Assembly (NCBI GenBank): GCA_964016885.1
Contig: OZ024744.1
Coordinates: 135,098,001-135,162,000 of the forward strand
DNA length: 64,000 nucleotides
DNA from: Eledone cirrhosa
Lineage: Eukaryota
Direction: 5' to 3'
The notes beneath the pieces are model-generated. The model did not search any database. It was not told the origin of the DNA and saw only the letters and a list, made by a program, of their open reading frames with translations. The translations under genes were made by a program, and so were the position numbers. Below, one piece after another: positions 63,801-64,000 of the stretch (its first letter is position 1; the number at the start of each line of letters is the position of its first letter).

Positions 63801-64000
63801 TTGGGGTTAAGTTAAGTTGGGGTTGAGTTAAGTTGGGGTTGAGTTAAATTGGGGTGGAGTTAAGTTGGGGTTGAGTTAAGTTGGTGTTGAGTTAAGTTGG
63901 GGTTAACTTAAGTTGGGGTTAAGTTAAGTTGGGGTTCAGTTAAGTTGGTGTTAAGTTAAGTTGGGGTTAAGTTGGGGTTAAATGAAGTTGGGGTTAAGTT
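51870..64000 (+). repeat. ~8.95-9.0 kb offset duplication: ~51870-54965 repeated at ~60815-64000
   Basis: Private GTAAATTTAAG at 52406/61351 (offset 8945), GCG at 52991/61936 (8945), TGCAG at 54595/63615 (9020). Confidence 0.85.
55870..60810 (+). repeat. ~2840-bp offset duplication
   Basis: Private GGATTTAAG at 56305/59145 (offset 2840) and AGGATGTGG at 57626/60465 (2839). Confidence 0.85.

Larger units (their letters stand above)
1..64000 (+). repeat. Tandem satellite array of 16-bp monomer TTAAGTTAAGTTGGGG (reverse complement CCCCAACTTAACTTAA), ~4,000 copies, telomere-like G-rich strand on +
   Basis: Every line reads as GGGGTTAAGTTAAGTT units with single-base variants and occasional 11- or 15-bp units. 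The consensus is 6 G, 6 T, 4 A, 0 C. The array runs off both ends of the window, and no non-repeat sequence was seen. Confidence 0.99.

Noticed and set aside
1-64000. Protein-coding ORF or repeat protein
   Set aside because: TTAA gives TAA on both strands twice per monomer, and the 16-bp period cycles the stops through all three frames, so no ORF beyond a few codons is possible.
1-64000. CRISPR array
   Set aside because: There are no unique spacers. Units are 16 bp, directly abutting, and all are variants of one consensus. No cas genes are present.
1-64000. Strictly regular higher-order repeat with one fixed period
   Set aside because: Marker offsets differ from place to place (478 to ~9000 bp) and shift within blocks. 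The structure is a nested mosaic.
1-64000. Orientation switch or head-to-head telomere fusion site
   Set aside because: No CCCCAACTTAAC-type tract was seen on the + strand.
1-64000. Variants as pure sequencing noise or a synthetic low-complexity artefact
   Set aside because: The same variants recur in the same order over kilobases, which random error would not produce. Local misassembly of individual duplications is still possible.
1-64000. Variant monomers as an encoded information store (diversity cassette or barcode)
   Set aside because: The patterns are adequately explained by point mutation plus block duplication, and there is no associated recombinase, reverse transcriptase or expression locus in the window.

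Overview
The whole 64 kb window is one uninterrupted head-to-tail tandem array of a 16-bp monomer, consensus TTAAG-TTAAG-TTGGGG (about 4,000 copies). The G/T-rich, essentially C-free strand is on + throughout, and I saw no inversion, unique insert or flank. There is no coding potential: TAA stops recur in all frames of both strands. There are no RNA genes, mobile elements or CRISPR spacers. The monomer is telomere-like: it contains TTGGGG, and its 11-bp deletion form TTAAGTTGGGG is one mismatch from the bee telomere motif TTAGGTTGGGG. However, variant monomers are inherited in ordered strings that reveal nested segmental duplications with measured offsets of about 478, 1350, 1461, 1536-1632, 2840, 3189, 3341-3389, 5723-5744, 8722 and 8945 bp. 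A ~5.6-6.1 kb ancestral higher-order unit is likely, and variant subfamilies differ between the left and right parts of the window. This fits a eukaryotic satellite, or a telomere-derived or recombination-maintained array, amplified by copying kb-scale blocks rather than by de novo telomerase synthesis. Organism and chromosomal location cannot be determined from the window. All offsets were measured by eye from rare marker variants, and block boundaries are approximate.
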